Source: Clostridia bacterium (GTDB taxonomy: Bacteria > Bacillota > Clostridia > Christensenellales > Aristaeellaceae). Taken from it: DNA of 32,000 nt. Below, one piece after another: positions 19,883 to 28,847 of the stretch. Under the pieces are notes generated by a model. The model saw only the letters and a program-made list of their open reading frames with translations, searched no databases and was not told where the DNA came from. Each line of letters starts with the position of its first letter. Position 1 is the stretch's first letter. The DNA is taken from positions 1-32,000 of the forward strand of contig JAZRWA010000040.1 in NCBI GenBank assembly GCA_045599485.1, written 5' to 3'. The translations under genes were made by a program, and so were the position numbers.

Positions 19883-21757
19883 ATGTCCGAAAACAGAAAA
19901 GGCAATATTTCCATCCATGCGCAGAATATCATGCCGGTCATCAAGCGCTGGCTGTATTCCGACCAGGATATTTTCATCCGTGAGCTGGTCGCCAACGGCT
20001 GCGACGCCGTGACCAAGTTCCGCATGACGGGCGGCACCGCCGAGGAAGAGCTGAAGGTGACCGTGACCGTGGACAAGGACGCGGGCGAACTGCGCTTTGA
20101 GGACAACGGCATCGGCATGAGCGCCGAGGAAGTGGAAAAGTACATCAATCAAGTGGCTTTCTCCGGCGCGGAAGAATTTTTGAAAAATTATCAGGGCAAT
20201 GAGGACGGCGGCATCATCGGCCATTTCGGCCTGGGCTTCTATTCCGCCTTCATGCCGTCTGACAAGGTGACCATCGACACGCAGTCCTGCAAGGCCGGGG
20301 AGGCGCCCGTCCGCTGGGAAAGCACCGATGGCATGGCCTATGAGATGAGCGAAAGCACCAAGACGGGCCGCGGCACCATCATCACCCTGCACATCAACGA
20401 GGAATCCAAAGAATTTCTGGATACCTACCGCGTGCGCGAGGTGCTGGACCGCTACTGCGGCTACATGGCGGTGCCCATCTATCTGGTGGATGTGAAGGAA
20501 GAAGCCCTCAAGGCGGAGGAAGTCGCGAAAAAGGCCGCCGAGGCAAAGGAGGACGGGGAAACCGAAGAAAGCAAGGTCCCCGCGCCCATCAACGATACGC
20601 ATCCGCTGTGGCTCAAGGCCCCCAAGGACTGCACCGAGGACGAATACAAGGACGCTTACCGCAAGCTGTTCAATACCTTTGAGGAACCGCTGTTCTGGAT
20701 CCATCTGAATGTGGATTATCCCTTCAACCTGAAGGGCATCCTGTACTTCCCCCGCATCCGCAAGGACTTTGGCGGTCAGGAAGGACAGATCAAGCTGTTC
20801 AACCGTCAGGTGTTTGTGGCAGACAACATCAAGGAGATCATTCCCGAGTTTTTGCTGCTGCTGCGCGGCGTGCTGGACTGCCCCGACCTGCCGCTGAATG
20901 TGAGCCGCTCCTTTTTGCAGAATGACGGCTATGTCAAAAAGCTGTCTGCCCACATCACCAAGAAGGTGGCGGACAAGCTGAACGCGCTGATGAACACCGA
21001 GCGCGAAAAGTACCAGACCTACTGGGACGACATCCATCCCTTTGTCAAATACGGCTGCCTGCGGGACAGCAAGTTTGATGAGTCCGTCAAGGGCAGCATC
21101 CTGCTGAAGACCACCGCCGGCGAATATTTCACGCTGGACGAGTACCGCTCCCGCAATGAGGGCAAGGCCGGCAAGAAGGTGTATTACACCACCGACGCCG
21201 CGCGTCAGGCGGCTTCCGTGGCGCTGTATGTCAGCCGCGGCATCGATGTGGCCGTGATGGACAGCATGATCGACATCAGCTTCATGCAGCATCTGGAAAA
21301 CCGTGAGGGGGCTGAAGGTCTGGCCTTTGCCCGCGTGGACGCCGATGTGGAAGGCCTGAAGGATGAGGAAAACGCCGGGGAAGCACCGGAGCTGGCGCCG
21401 CTGGAGACGCTCTTCCGCGAAGCGGTAGGCGATGACAAGCTGAACGTCAAGCTGCAGCCGCTGGCGGATGACACGCTGCCGCTGATGCTGCTGGAGGATG
21501 AGCAGATGCGCCGCTACCGTGAGATGTCGGCGATGTACGGCAACGGCTTCAAGCTGCCCGAAAAGCCCGAAGTGGTGCTCAACAGCCGCTGCGAAGCCGT
21601 CAAGGCACTGAGCGGCATGGAGGATGAGGAGCTGAAGAAGACGCTGGCAAGGCACTACTTTGACATTGCGCGCATGGCCTCCCGTCCGCTGGAAAATGAC
21701 GAGCTGAGCGCGTTCATCCGCGACAGCTACGCTCTGGCCGCCCGCCTGAGCAAGTAA
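19883..21757 (+). CDS. htpG: Molecular chaperone HtpG (Hsp90 family)
   Basis: 624 aa. GHKL motifs are FIRELVANGCDA, DNGIGMS and GHFGLGFYSAF. Middle-domain motif is LNVSRSFLQ. RBS is ggagg. An extended -10, TGgTATAAT, lies at 19830-19838. Confidence 0.93.
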   Translation: MSENRKGNISIHAQNIMPVIKRWLYSDQDIFIRELVANGCDAVTKFRMTGGTAEEELKVTVTVDKDAGELRFEDNGIGMSAEEVEKYINQVAFSGAEEFLKNYQGNEDGGIIGHFGLGFYSAFMPSDKVTIDTQSCKAGEAPVRWESTDGMAYEMSESTKTGRGTIITLHINEESKEFLDTYRVREVLDRYCGYMAVPIYLVDVKEEALKAEEVAKKAAEAKEDGETEESKVPAPINDTHPLWLKAPKDCTEDEYKDAYRKLFNTFEEPLFWIHLNVDYPFNLKGILYFPRIRKDFGGQEGQIKLFNRQVFVADNIKEIIPEFLLLLRGVLDCPDLPLNVSRSFLQNDGYVKKLSAHITKKVADKLNALMNTEREKYQTYWDDIHPFVKYGCLRDSKFDESVKGSILLKTTAGEYFTLDEYRSRNEGKAGKKVYYTTDAARQAASVALYVSRGIDVAVMDSMIDISFMQHLENREGAEGLAFARVDADVEGLKDEENAGEAPELAPLETLFREAVGDDKLNVKLQPLADDTLPLMLLEDEQMRRYREMSAMYGNGFKLPEKPEVVLNSRCEAVKALSGMEDEELKKTLARHYFDIARMASRPLENDELSAFIRDSYALAARLSK

Positions 21758-21779
21758 CGGGACGAAAAAGGAAAACATC

Positions 21780-21998
21780 GGGGAAGGCACGCTTTTCGTG
21801 CCGAAAGGCATGTCCTCCCCGAACCCCGCCCGGGAAAAGGCAGTTTTTCACATAGCAAAACACCTTTGCACTGATGACTGTAACAGACATCAAGGCAAAG
21901 GTGTTTTTGGGGGATCGTAATATACTGCCTTTTCTCTAAGAGGGGGTAAAAAGGGGGAGAGATATTCTTTTCGGCTTCGAAAAGAGTACCTCTCCCCC
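21780..21998. repeat. Composite nested-palindrome intergenic repeat, copy 2 (full length)
   Basis: Left hairpin 21780-21820 (ggggaagg..cctcccc, inner gcttttcg/cgaaaggc). Central hairpin is cacctttgc..gatga / catc..gcaaaggtg. Right hairpin 21953-21998 (gggggagag / ctctccccc, inner tcttttcg/cgaaaaga). It lies between convergent htpG and the surface-protein gene. Confidence 0.85.
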
Positions 21999-22033
21999 TA
22001 AAAATCGCTTTTTTAAGAGCCTTCGTTTGTTTT

Positions 22034-23836
22034 TTACTCGTCCTCGCCGGAGTTGGCGGAGGTGGTGTTGCGGCGCTGATACACACCGGCGTTGTCGGCG
22101 GCAGTCTCTTCCGCCTGACGGCTCAGATGATAAGCGCCGTTATCATGCATCTGCTGCGCGGGCGCGGGGGCCACGTCGGTCTCGTTGTTGGCAAACTCGG
22201 GAATCTCTTCCGTTCTGTCCTCCGCCGTTTCGGTGTAATCGCGGCGGGTTCCCACCTCAAAGCTGTCGATGGCACGGGCAGAAGCACCGCGGCGCACGGC
22301 ACGCACAATGGTCGCCACCAGGAACAGCAGGAACATGGCGGCGAAAAGACCGCCCAGAACGTAGATCACCTTAAGCAGGATGCCGCTCGTCTGCACTGCC
22401 ATGGGCTCCAGCACCTCAATGGGCGCGACCGTGACCGTGACCAGCGGAGCGACCGTCAGCATGGGCACGTCGGTGGGCGCGGCCGTGGGACGGGCATAGG
22501 TGATGTTCATCTCGTTGGATTCAAAGTTGTTGATGTTGCCCAGTTCATCCTTGACCGAGGCGGTGAAGCGGTACTTGCCCGCCTGCGACAGGGTAAAGTC
22601 ACGGGCGATGGTCACGCTGGCACCGGGCTCCAGGCTGGCGATGGTGTACACGGTGACCGTACCGTGCTTGACCGCCACGTTTTTGACGGTCTTGGCGGAG
22701 TTGTTGGTCACGGTGATGTTGAAGGTCATATCACCGGGCACGCGGGCAATGGTGTACGCGGCAGGCTCCGCGGCCACCGTCATGCGCAGCACCTGCGCGG
22801 GGTTGTAGGCGCTGATCTTCAGCTCGTTGCTGGTGACGGTCTTGGTGTTGCCGGTGTTGTCCGGCAGGGTCACCGTAAACTTGAAGGAAGCGGACGCATT
22901 GAGCGTGTACTGCTTTTCGCGGATCAGCGTTTCGCCGGGGTTCAGCGTCAGACCGCTGAAGATCTCACCGTAGGTGGGATCGGTCACCTTGATGTTGCTG
23001 TAGGTGATGTTGCCGTTGTTGACCAGCTTCAGGGTCAGGGTGACGGTCTCACCGATCTCGACAGCGGTGCTGTCGGCGGTCAGCATATCATCGGTCACCA
23101 GACCGGGCTTGGCCATGGGAATGGTGACAGCCGGCACCGTCATGCTGGTGCTGCCTTCACCGATCTTGTAGGTGATGGTGCCCTCGCTGGTCAGATCATC
23201 CTTGTAACCCATGGTGGCGGTAAACTTGACCGTTTTGCGCTCGCCGGGGGCCAGGGAAGCCACCGTCTGGGCAATGCCGCCGATGGAGGCGTTTTCACGC
23301 ACACGGATGTTGGTGATCTCCACATTGCCGGCGTTGACCAGCTCGTACAGCACGGTCACGGTTTCGCCGGAGCGCACGACCTCGGGCTCCACGGTGCGGT
23401 TGGCGGTCAGCTTGGCCTCCTCCGCCGCACGGGTGATGACCGCGGAAGCGGACAGGTCGCGGATGACGCCATCCTCACTGTAGGTCAGGGTGTAGGTCAG
23501 CTTGCCGTCGCTCAGCTGAGCCTCGCTGACGGCGCAGGTGTGCGTGCAGGTGACAAACTCACCCTCGCCCAGGATGGCCTGACCGCCGTCACCAAAGGAG
23601 GTGACCAGCTGGCCGTTGGGGTCATGCAGCATGACGGCGTTCTTCATCGCCGCCCCCTGATTGACCACACGGATGGAGACCGTGGTGGTGCCCGCGCCGC
23701 TCAAAGCGGCCGGCTCACAGGTCAAAGTCATTTCAAGATTGTTTTCCGCGCAGGCGGAAACGCCAAGCAGCAGCATAACAGCCAGCAAAGCAGCCATCAG
23801 CCAGCGGATTTTTGTGTTTTTGAGGGCAAAAGACAT
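22034..23836 (-). CDS. Cell-surface protein with a lipoprotein-type signal peptide, four to five CARDB/DUF11-like beta-sandwich repeats, a C-terminal TM anchor and an acidic cytoplasmic tail
   Basis: ORF extends to 23842. I prefer the ATG at 23836 because GGAGG lies 7 nt upstream. Lipobox-like sequence is LLLGVSAC. Recurrent repeat signatures are GETVTVLYELVNAGNVEITNIRV, GETVTLTLKLVNNGNITYSNIKV, GDMTFNITVTNNSAKTVKNVAV and TTTVSIRVVNQGAAMKNAVM. The TM segment is ILLKVIYVLGGLFAAMFLLFLVATIV. Confidence 0.7.
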   Translation of the reverse strand: MSFALKNTKIRWLMAALLAVMLLLGVSACAENNLEMTLTCEPAALSGAGTTTVSIRVVNQGAAMKNAVMLHDPNGQLVTSFGDGGQAILGEGEFVTCTHTCAVSEAQLSDGKLTYTLTYSEDGVIRDLSASAVITRAAEEAKLTANRTVEPEVVRSGETVTVLYELVNAGNVEITNIRVRENASIGGIAQTVASLAPGERKTVKFTATMGYKDDLTSEGTITYKIGEGSTSMTVPAVTIPMAKPGLVTDDMLTADSTAVEIGETVTLTLKLVNNGNITYSNIKVTDPTYGEIFSGLTLNPGETLIREKQYTLNASASFKFTVTLPDNTGNTKTVTSNELKISAYNPAQVLRMTVAAEPAAYTIARVPGDMTFNITVTNNSAKTVKNVAVKHGTVTVYTIASLEPGASVTIARDFTLSQAGKYRFTASVKDELGNINNFESNEMNITYARPTAAPTDVPMLTVAPLVTVTVAPIEVLEPMAVQTSGILLKVIYVLGGLFAAMFLLFLVATIVRAVRRGASARAIDSFEVGTRRDYTETAEDRTEEIPEFANNETDVAPAPAQQMHDNGAYHLSRQAEETAADNAGVYQRRNTTSANSGEDE

Positions 23837-23891
23837 GCCCATCCCTCCTCCCGATGCGCCATGGGCGCAAAAGCGGTACTATTCAGCCTCT

Positions 23892-23920
23892 ATAATAGCG
23901 AATCATGCCGATTCTGTCAA
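23892..23920 (-). promoter_or_regulatory. Promoter of the surface-protein gene
   Basis: Minus strand reads TTGACA-17 nt-TATTAT (ttgacagaatcggcatgattcgctattat). Confidence 0.6.
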
Positions 23921-23973
23921 GCAAAATCGGCGCAATTATTACAAAATTCTTTCATTTTTGTTAAGAGGAGGAC

Positions 23974-24152
23974 GGGGTTTCCAAACCTTCCGAGAAAAAG
24001 CAGTTTTTATTTCTATACAAAGGCACCCTTGCTTTGATGAAAGATATCATCATCAGGGCAAAGGTGTTATACTGTCTGATAAAAACTGCCCTTTCTCGGA
24101 AGGGGTTAAAGGGGAAACCATGCTTTCCGGCTTCGGAAAGCGTGGTTTCCCC
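23974..24152. repeat. Composite nested-palindrome intergenic repeat, copy 3 (left terminal hairpin largely missing)
   Basis: Arm module aaaccttccgagaaaaagcagt. Central hairpin is cacccttgc..tgatga / tcatca..gcaaaggtg. Mirrored arm is actgccctttctcggaaggggttaaa. Right hairpin 24111-24152 is ggggaaacca / tggtttcccc with inner gctttccg/cggaaagc. Only ggggtttcc remains of the left hairpin. Confidence 0.8.
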
Positions 24153-24186
24153 TTATAAAATCTTACGTCTCCACACGAAAGCACTC

Positions 24187-25044
24187 CTACGGCGGGGCGG
24201 TGAAGGTCATGCGTTCGCCCGTAGCGGGATGCGTGAAAGACAGCGAAAAGCTGTGCAGCATCAGCCGCGGCGCATGCGGCATGTTGCGGTTGCCGTAAAT
24301 AACATCACCCAGCACGGGATGATGAATGGAAGCCATGTGCACACGGATCTGATGCGTACGGCCCGTGATGATGTGCACATCCAGCAGGGCGCGGTCCTTT
24401 TCCTGCCGCACGAGCTTCCACAGCGTCAGGGACGGCCGTCCCTCCGGATCGATCGCCATCTTTTTGCGGTCATTTTTGCTGCGCGCGATGGGCTGATCGA
24501 TGCGCCCTTCGCTTTCCTTCATCACGCCTGCCACCCAGGCGTAGTAATGCTTTTCCATTTGTCTTTCGCTCAGCTGCAGACTGAGTGCCTGATGCGTCTC
24601 GTCATCCTTGGCGACCAGCAGGATGCCGCTGGTATCCTTGTCCAGACGGTGCACGATGCCGGGGCGCAGCTCGCCGCCGATGCCGGACAGCGCGTCCAGA
24701 TGATACAGAAGGGCGTTGACGAGGGTGCCGTCCGGGTTTCCCGCCGCGGGATGCACCACCATGCCCGCCGGCTTGACCACCACCGCCAGATGCTCATCCT
24801 GATAGAGCACCTGCAGGGGAATATCCTGCGCTTCGGCCTTGGCGGGCTTCAAGTCGGGCAGTGTCAGCACGATCTGTCCCGAAGCGGGCTTGGCGGAAGG
24901 CTTTGTTTCCGGCTTGCCGGCGACCGTCACCGCCCCCTGTCGGATCAATTCCGCCGCGCGGGAACGCGACAGAGACCCATCCCGGGATAAAAGCACATCC
25001 AGACGCGTGCCGTCTGCCTCAAGCACAATGTTTTCCATGGTCAT
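24187..25044 (-). CDS. rluD: RluA-family 23S rRNA pseudouridine synthase (RluD-like)
   Basis: 285 aa. N-terminal S4 domain (RLDVLLSR...SRSRAAELIRQG). Catalytic motif is HRLDKDTSG. HQIRVH is also present. It overlaps the lspA 3' end, the classic lspA-rluD arrangement. An alternative start is the ATG at 25038. It is the only gene here that terminates at TAG. Confidence 0.88.
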   Translation of the reverse strand: MTMENIVLEADGTRLDVLLSRDGSLSRSRAAELIRQGAVTVAGKPETKPSAKPASGQIVLTLPDLKPAKAEAQDIPLQVLYQDEHLAVVVKPAGMVVHPAAGNPDGTLVNALLYHLDALSGIGGELRPGIVHRLDKDTSGILLVAKDDETHQALSLQLSERQMEKHYYAWVAGVMKESEGRIDQPIARSKNDRKKMAIDPEGRPSLTLWKLVRQEKDRALLDVHIITGRTHQIRVHMASIHHPVLGDVIYGNRNMPHAPRLMLHSFSLSFTHPATGERMTFTAPP

Positions 25045-25462
25045 CCTTTCCGAAAAGCAGGCGTGCCGCCAGCAGGATCACCCCGAAGGTGACCGCGATG
25101 TCAGCCGCGTTGCAGATAAACAGCTTCATATCAATAAAATCGATCACATAGCCCAGAAACAGGCGGTCGAAGAGGTTGCCCGCCGCGCCGCCCAGCAGCA
25201 GCGCCAGCGCCGTACCCGTCAAGGTATCCCAACGGGTGCGGAAGCACACAACGACCAGCGCCAGGGTCAGTACCGCCGTGAGCAGCGTGATCAGCAGCGG
25301 GCTACCGCTCAAAAAGCTCAGCGCTGCGCCGGTATTGCGCGCGGGGTGCAATGAAAGCAGCCCCGGCAGCAGCTCCAGGCTGACGTTTTGCAAAAGCACC
25401 TTGCTCCCCCGATCCAGCAGGAACACCCCTGCCGACAGACATCCCATTGCGCGCCGCTCCAT
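25019..25462 (-). CDS. lspA: Lipoprotein signal peptidase II
   Basis: 147 aa. It has four TM segments and the motifs HPARNTGAALSFL, GGAAGNLFDRL, GYVIDFI and ICNAADIAV. RBS is gggaggaaag. Confidence 0.88.
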   Translation of the reverse strand: MERRAMGCLSAGVFLLDRGSKVLLQNVSLELLPGLLSLHPARNTGAALSFLSGSPLLITLLTAVLTLALVVVCFRTRWDTLTGTALALLLGGAAGNLFDRLFLGYVIDFIDMKLFICNAADIAVTFGVILLAARLLFGKDDHGKHCA

Positions 25463-25487
25463 ACTTTCCTCCCAGCTGTGATGCTAT

Positions 25488-25516
25488 ATTATAGGAAAAA
25501 ATTGCTTGCTTGTAAA
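25488..25516 (-). promoter_or_regulatory. Promoter of the lspA-rluD operon
   Basis: Minus strand reads TTTACA-17 nt-TATAAT (tttacaagcaagcaattttttcctataat). Confidence 0.6.
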
Positions 25517-25602
25517 GCACCGCCGGCAAATTGGATTTACGAACGTTCGCCAATTTGAAAAAACGGCAATGTACGCCCTTTGACATTTTTGAGCGTTTTG
25601 CT

Positions 25603-25637
25603 CACCGATCTGCAAAGGATCATCGGTGGTTTTCTTT
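25603..25637 (+). terminator. Orphan plus-strand intrinsic terminator in the lspA/guaB divergent intergenic region
   Basis: caccgat / atcggtg with a 12 nt loop, followed by gttttcttt. No plus-strand CDS lies upstream of it. Confidence 0.4.
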
Positions 25638-25799
25638 ATCCTGAATTTGCGGTTTTCTTTCCTTTATGTGGTGATGCTTGTCATATATTGCATAGTATAT
25701 TCTGCCATTGTGGTTTCTTCTGCTCATTTTGACTGTAACCCTGGGTTTTTATTCCGATACAAAAAAAGTACAAAACAGACAAAAATCCGAAATTTTGCC

Positions 25800-25828
25800 T
25801 TGACAACGTCCGAAAGATGGTTTAGAAT
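25800..25828 (+). promoter_or_regulatory. Promoter of guaB
   Basis: TTGACA (25800-25805), 17 nt spacer, TAGAAT (25823-25828). Confidence 0.65.
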
Positions 25829-25830
25829 AG

Positions 25831-27330
<1,500 letters not shown>

Positions 27331-27336
27331 TGATTT

Positions 27337-27377
27337 CAGCCGGGTCTCTTATTCAAAAGAGATCCGGCTGTTTTTTT
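27337..27377 (+). terminator. Intrinsic terminator of guaB
   Basis: cagccgggtctctt / aagagatccggctg (14 bp, one G-U) followed by ttttttt. Confidence 0.85.
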
Positions 27378-27388
27378 GCGTCCGATAG

Positions 27389-27417
27389 TTGACAACCAAA
27401 GGTTTCTGATATATAAT
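27389..27417 (+). promoter_or_regulatory. Promoter of tRNA-Leu
   Basis: TTGACA (27389-27394), 17 nt spacer, TATAAT (27412-27417). Confidence 0.7.
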
Positions 27418-27433
27418 AATCAAGCTGAAATCT

Positions 27434-27518
27434 GCGGTCGTGGCGGAATCGGCATACGCGCACGTTTGAGGGGCGTGTTGGGCAACCAGTACGAGTTCAA
27501 GTCTCGTCGACCGCACCA
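27434..27518 (+). tRNA. tRNA-Leu (anticodon GAG), class II with a long variable arm, CCA encoded
   Basis: Acceptor gcggtcg/cgaccgc, anticodon stem cacgt/gcgtg with loop ttGAGgg, long variable arm, T arm acgag-ttcaagt-ctcgt, 3' ACCA. Confidence 0.85.
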
Positions 27519-27523
27519 GCAAC

Positions 27524-27557
27524 AAAAAAGAGTCTGCATAAAGCAGGCTCTTTTTTT
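27524..27557. terminator. Bidirectional terminator shared by tRNA-Leu and the convergent GGDEF gene
   Basis: gagtctgc / gcaggctc with an A-run on the 5' side and ttttttt on the 3' side. Confidence 0.7.
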
Positions 27558-27560
27558 GCG

Positions 27561-28646
27561 TTATCGTCTGCGCCGGTCATGACCGCACTGGGAATAATAG
27601 GCGGTCTTATCGGCATACATCAGCTTATCGGCTTCCACCACCAGGCGCTCAGCCGTCAGACCGGGAAAATGCTCCACATCCGCATAGCCGCAGGAAAAGC
27701 TGAGCGTATCATTCATTTCGCCATGCCAGTTTTCCGCCATGTGACGCAGGCGCTGCAGCAGCGCCTCGCCGTTGGCACCGGGGTTGGTCACCAGCACCAC
27801 AAACTCATCGCCGCCCGTATGGAAGCACCGTCCATGATGACCATACACCTTTTTGATGCATTCCGCCGCCCCGCGGATGAGCTCATCGCCCGCCAGATGA
27901 CCTCTTTCGTCATTGGCGCGCTTGAGGCCGTTCATATCCAGCACCGCAACGCCAAAGATGCCCCTGCCGTCGCTGTGCTCCTGCAGCATCTGCTCATAGC
28001 TGAAGCGGTTGCGCAGCCCCGTCATACGGTCATGCGCCAGCAGATAATCGGTAATGCGCTCACTGTGAAAGCGTTTGGCCTTGATATTCATCATGTACAC
28101 GGCAACCACGATGCTGACAAGGCCAAAGATCAGCAGATTTTCCTGCCCGTCCAGCAGCATATCACCGCTGAGCTGAAACGGCAGCAGAAAGAACAGGGTG
28201 AGATTGCAGACCACCACCATCAGCGCGTAACCGGCAGGCGCCAGGCAGAACAAAGCCGGCAGCGCCATCAGAAGTGCCAGGTACGTCGCCGGTCCCGACT
28301 GGGAATCGATGCCGACCGCCAGATACATGCCCAGGCTCAGCAGGATCAGCATGAAGGCATAACAGCTGAGGCTTGTCACCACGGCGTTCTTTTTGCCCGC
28401 GGTATGATTGATGAGCAGAATGACCAGCAGTGCCGCGCCGCTCAACGCATAAAAGCGGCCTTCATCTTCCAGATTGCCAAAGCCCAGCAGCGCAAAAAGC
28501 GTCAGCAGCCCAAAGGCGGCCGCTCCAATGGCGGAAAAAAAGATGACGCTTTTGCGGTTGCCATCGTGGATCCTTTCCCGCACCAGCTCACATTCCGCAT
28601 GGCCGAGTCCCATAAACAAAAACAGGTCGCTCAGTTTTTTCAGCAT
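27561..28646 (-). CDS. Membrane-anchored diguanylate cyclase (GGDEF domain)
   Basis: 361 aa. The N-terminal half has about 6 TM segments. The C-terminal half has DRMTGLRNR, LDMNGLKRANDERGHLAGD and an intact GGDEF motif. There is no RxxD I-site 5 residues upstream of GGDEF. Confidence 0.88.
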   Translation of the reverse strand: MLKKLSDLFLFMGLGHAECELVRERIHDGNRKSVIFFSAIGAAAFGLLTLFALLGFGNLEDEGRFYALSGAALLVILLINHTAGKKNAVVTSLSCYAFMLILLSLGMYLAVGIDSQSGPATYLALLMALPALFCLAPAGYALMVVVCNLTLFFLLPFQLSGDMLLDGQENLLIFGLVSIVVAVYMMNIKAKRFHSERITDYLLAHDRMTGLRNRFSYEQMLQEHSDGRGIFGVAVLDMNGLKRANDERGHLAGDELIRGAAECIKKVYGHHGRCFHTGGDEFVVLVTNPGANGEALLQRLRHMAENWHGEMNDTLSFSCGYADVEHFPGLTAERLVVEADKLMYADKTAYYSQCGHDRRRR

Positions 28647-28671
28647 AACATCTCTTTCAGTCGGAATTTGT

Positions 28672-28722
28672 AAAAAAGGCAGAAGAAACGAGCCGTGAAG
28701 CTTTGTGCCTCACGTCTCTTCT
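28672..28722 (-). promoter_or_regulatory. Terminator-like hairpin plus U-run inside the 5' UTR of the GGDEF gene (possible attenuator)
   Basis: Minus strand has agaagagacgtgagg-cacaaag-cttcacggctcgtttcttct (about 15 bp with a 5 nt bulge), followed by gcctttttt. It ends about 25 nt before the start codon. Confidence 0.4.
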
Positions 28723-28742
28723 TTATGCAATTATGTTCGAAT

Positions 28743-28771
28743 ATCATAACATATTCCCGGTGATTTGTCAA
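28743..28771 (-). promoter_or_regulatory. Promoter of the GGDEF gene
   Basis: Minus strand reads TTGACA-17 nt-TATGAT (ttgacaaatcaccgggaatatgttatgat). Confidence 0.6.
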
Positions 28772-28791
28772 TTAAATCCATTTTGCTCCCC

Positions 28792-28828
28792 AAAAAAGCC
28801 CGTCCCTCCCTATACGGAAAGAACGGGC
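28792..28828 (-). terminator. Intrinsic terminator of the UPF0237/UPF0210 operon
   Basis: Minus strand has gcccgttc...ggacgggc followed by tttttt. Confidence 0.7.
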
Positions 28829-28847
28829 ATTTGCATATAAACGGCTG

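Noticed and set aside
25527-25557. Reading ATTTACGAACGTT as a PurR PurBox controlling guaB.
   Set aside because: It has two or more mismatches to AWWWCCGAACWWT. The two half-sites abut instead of being spaced by 16-17 bp. The site is about 250 bp from the guaB promoter.
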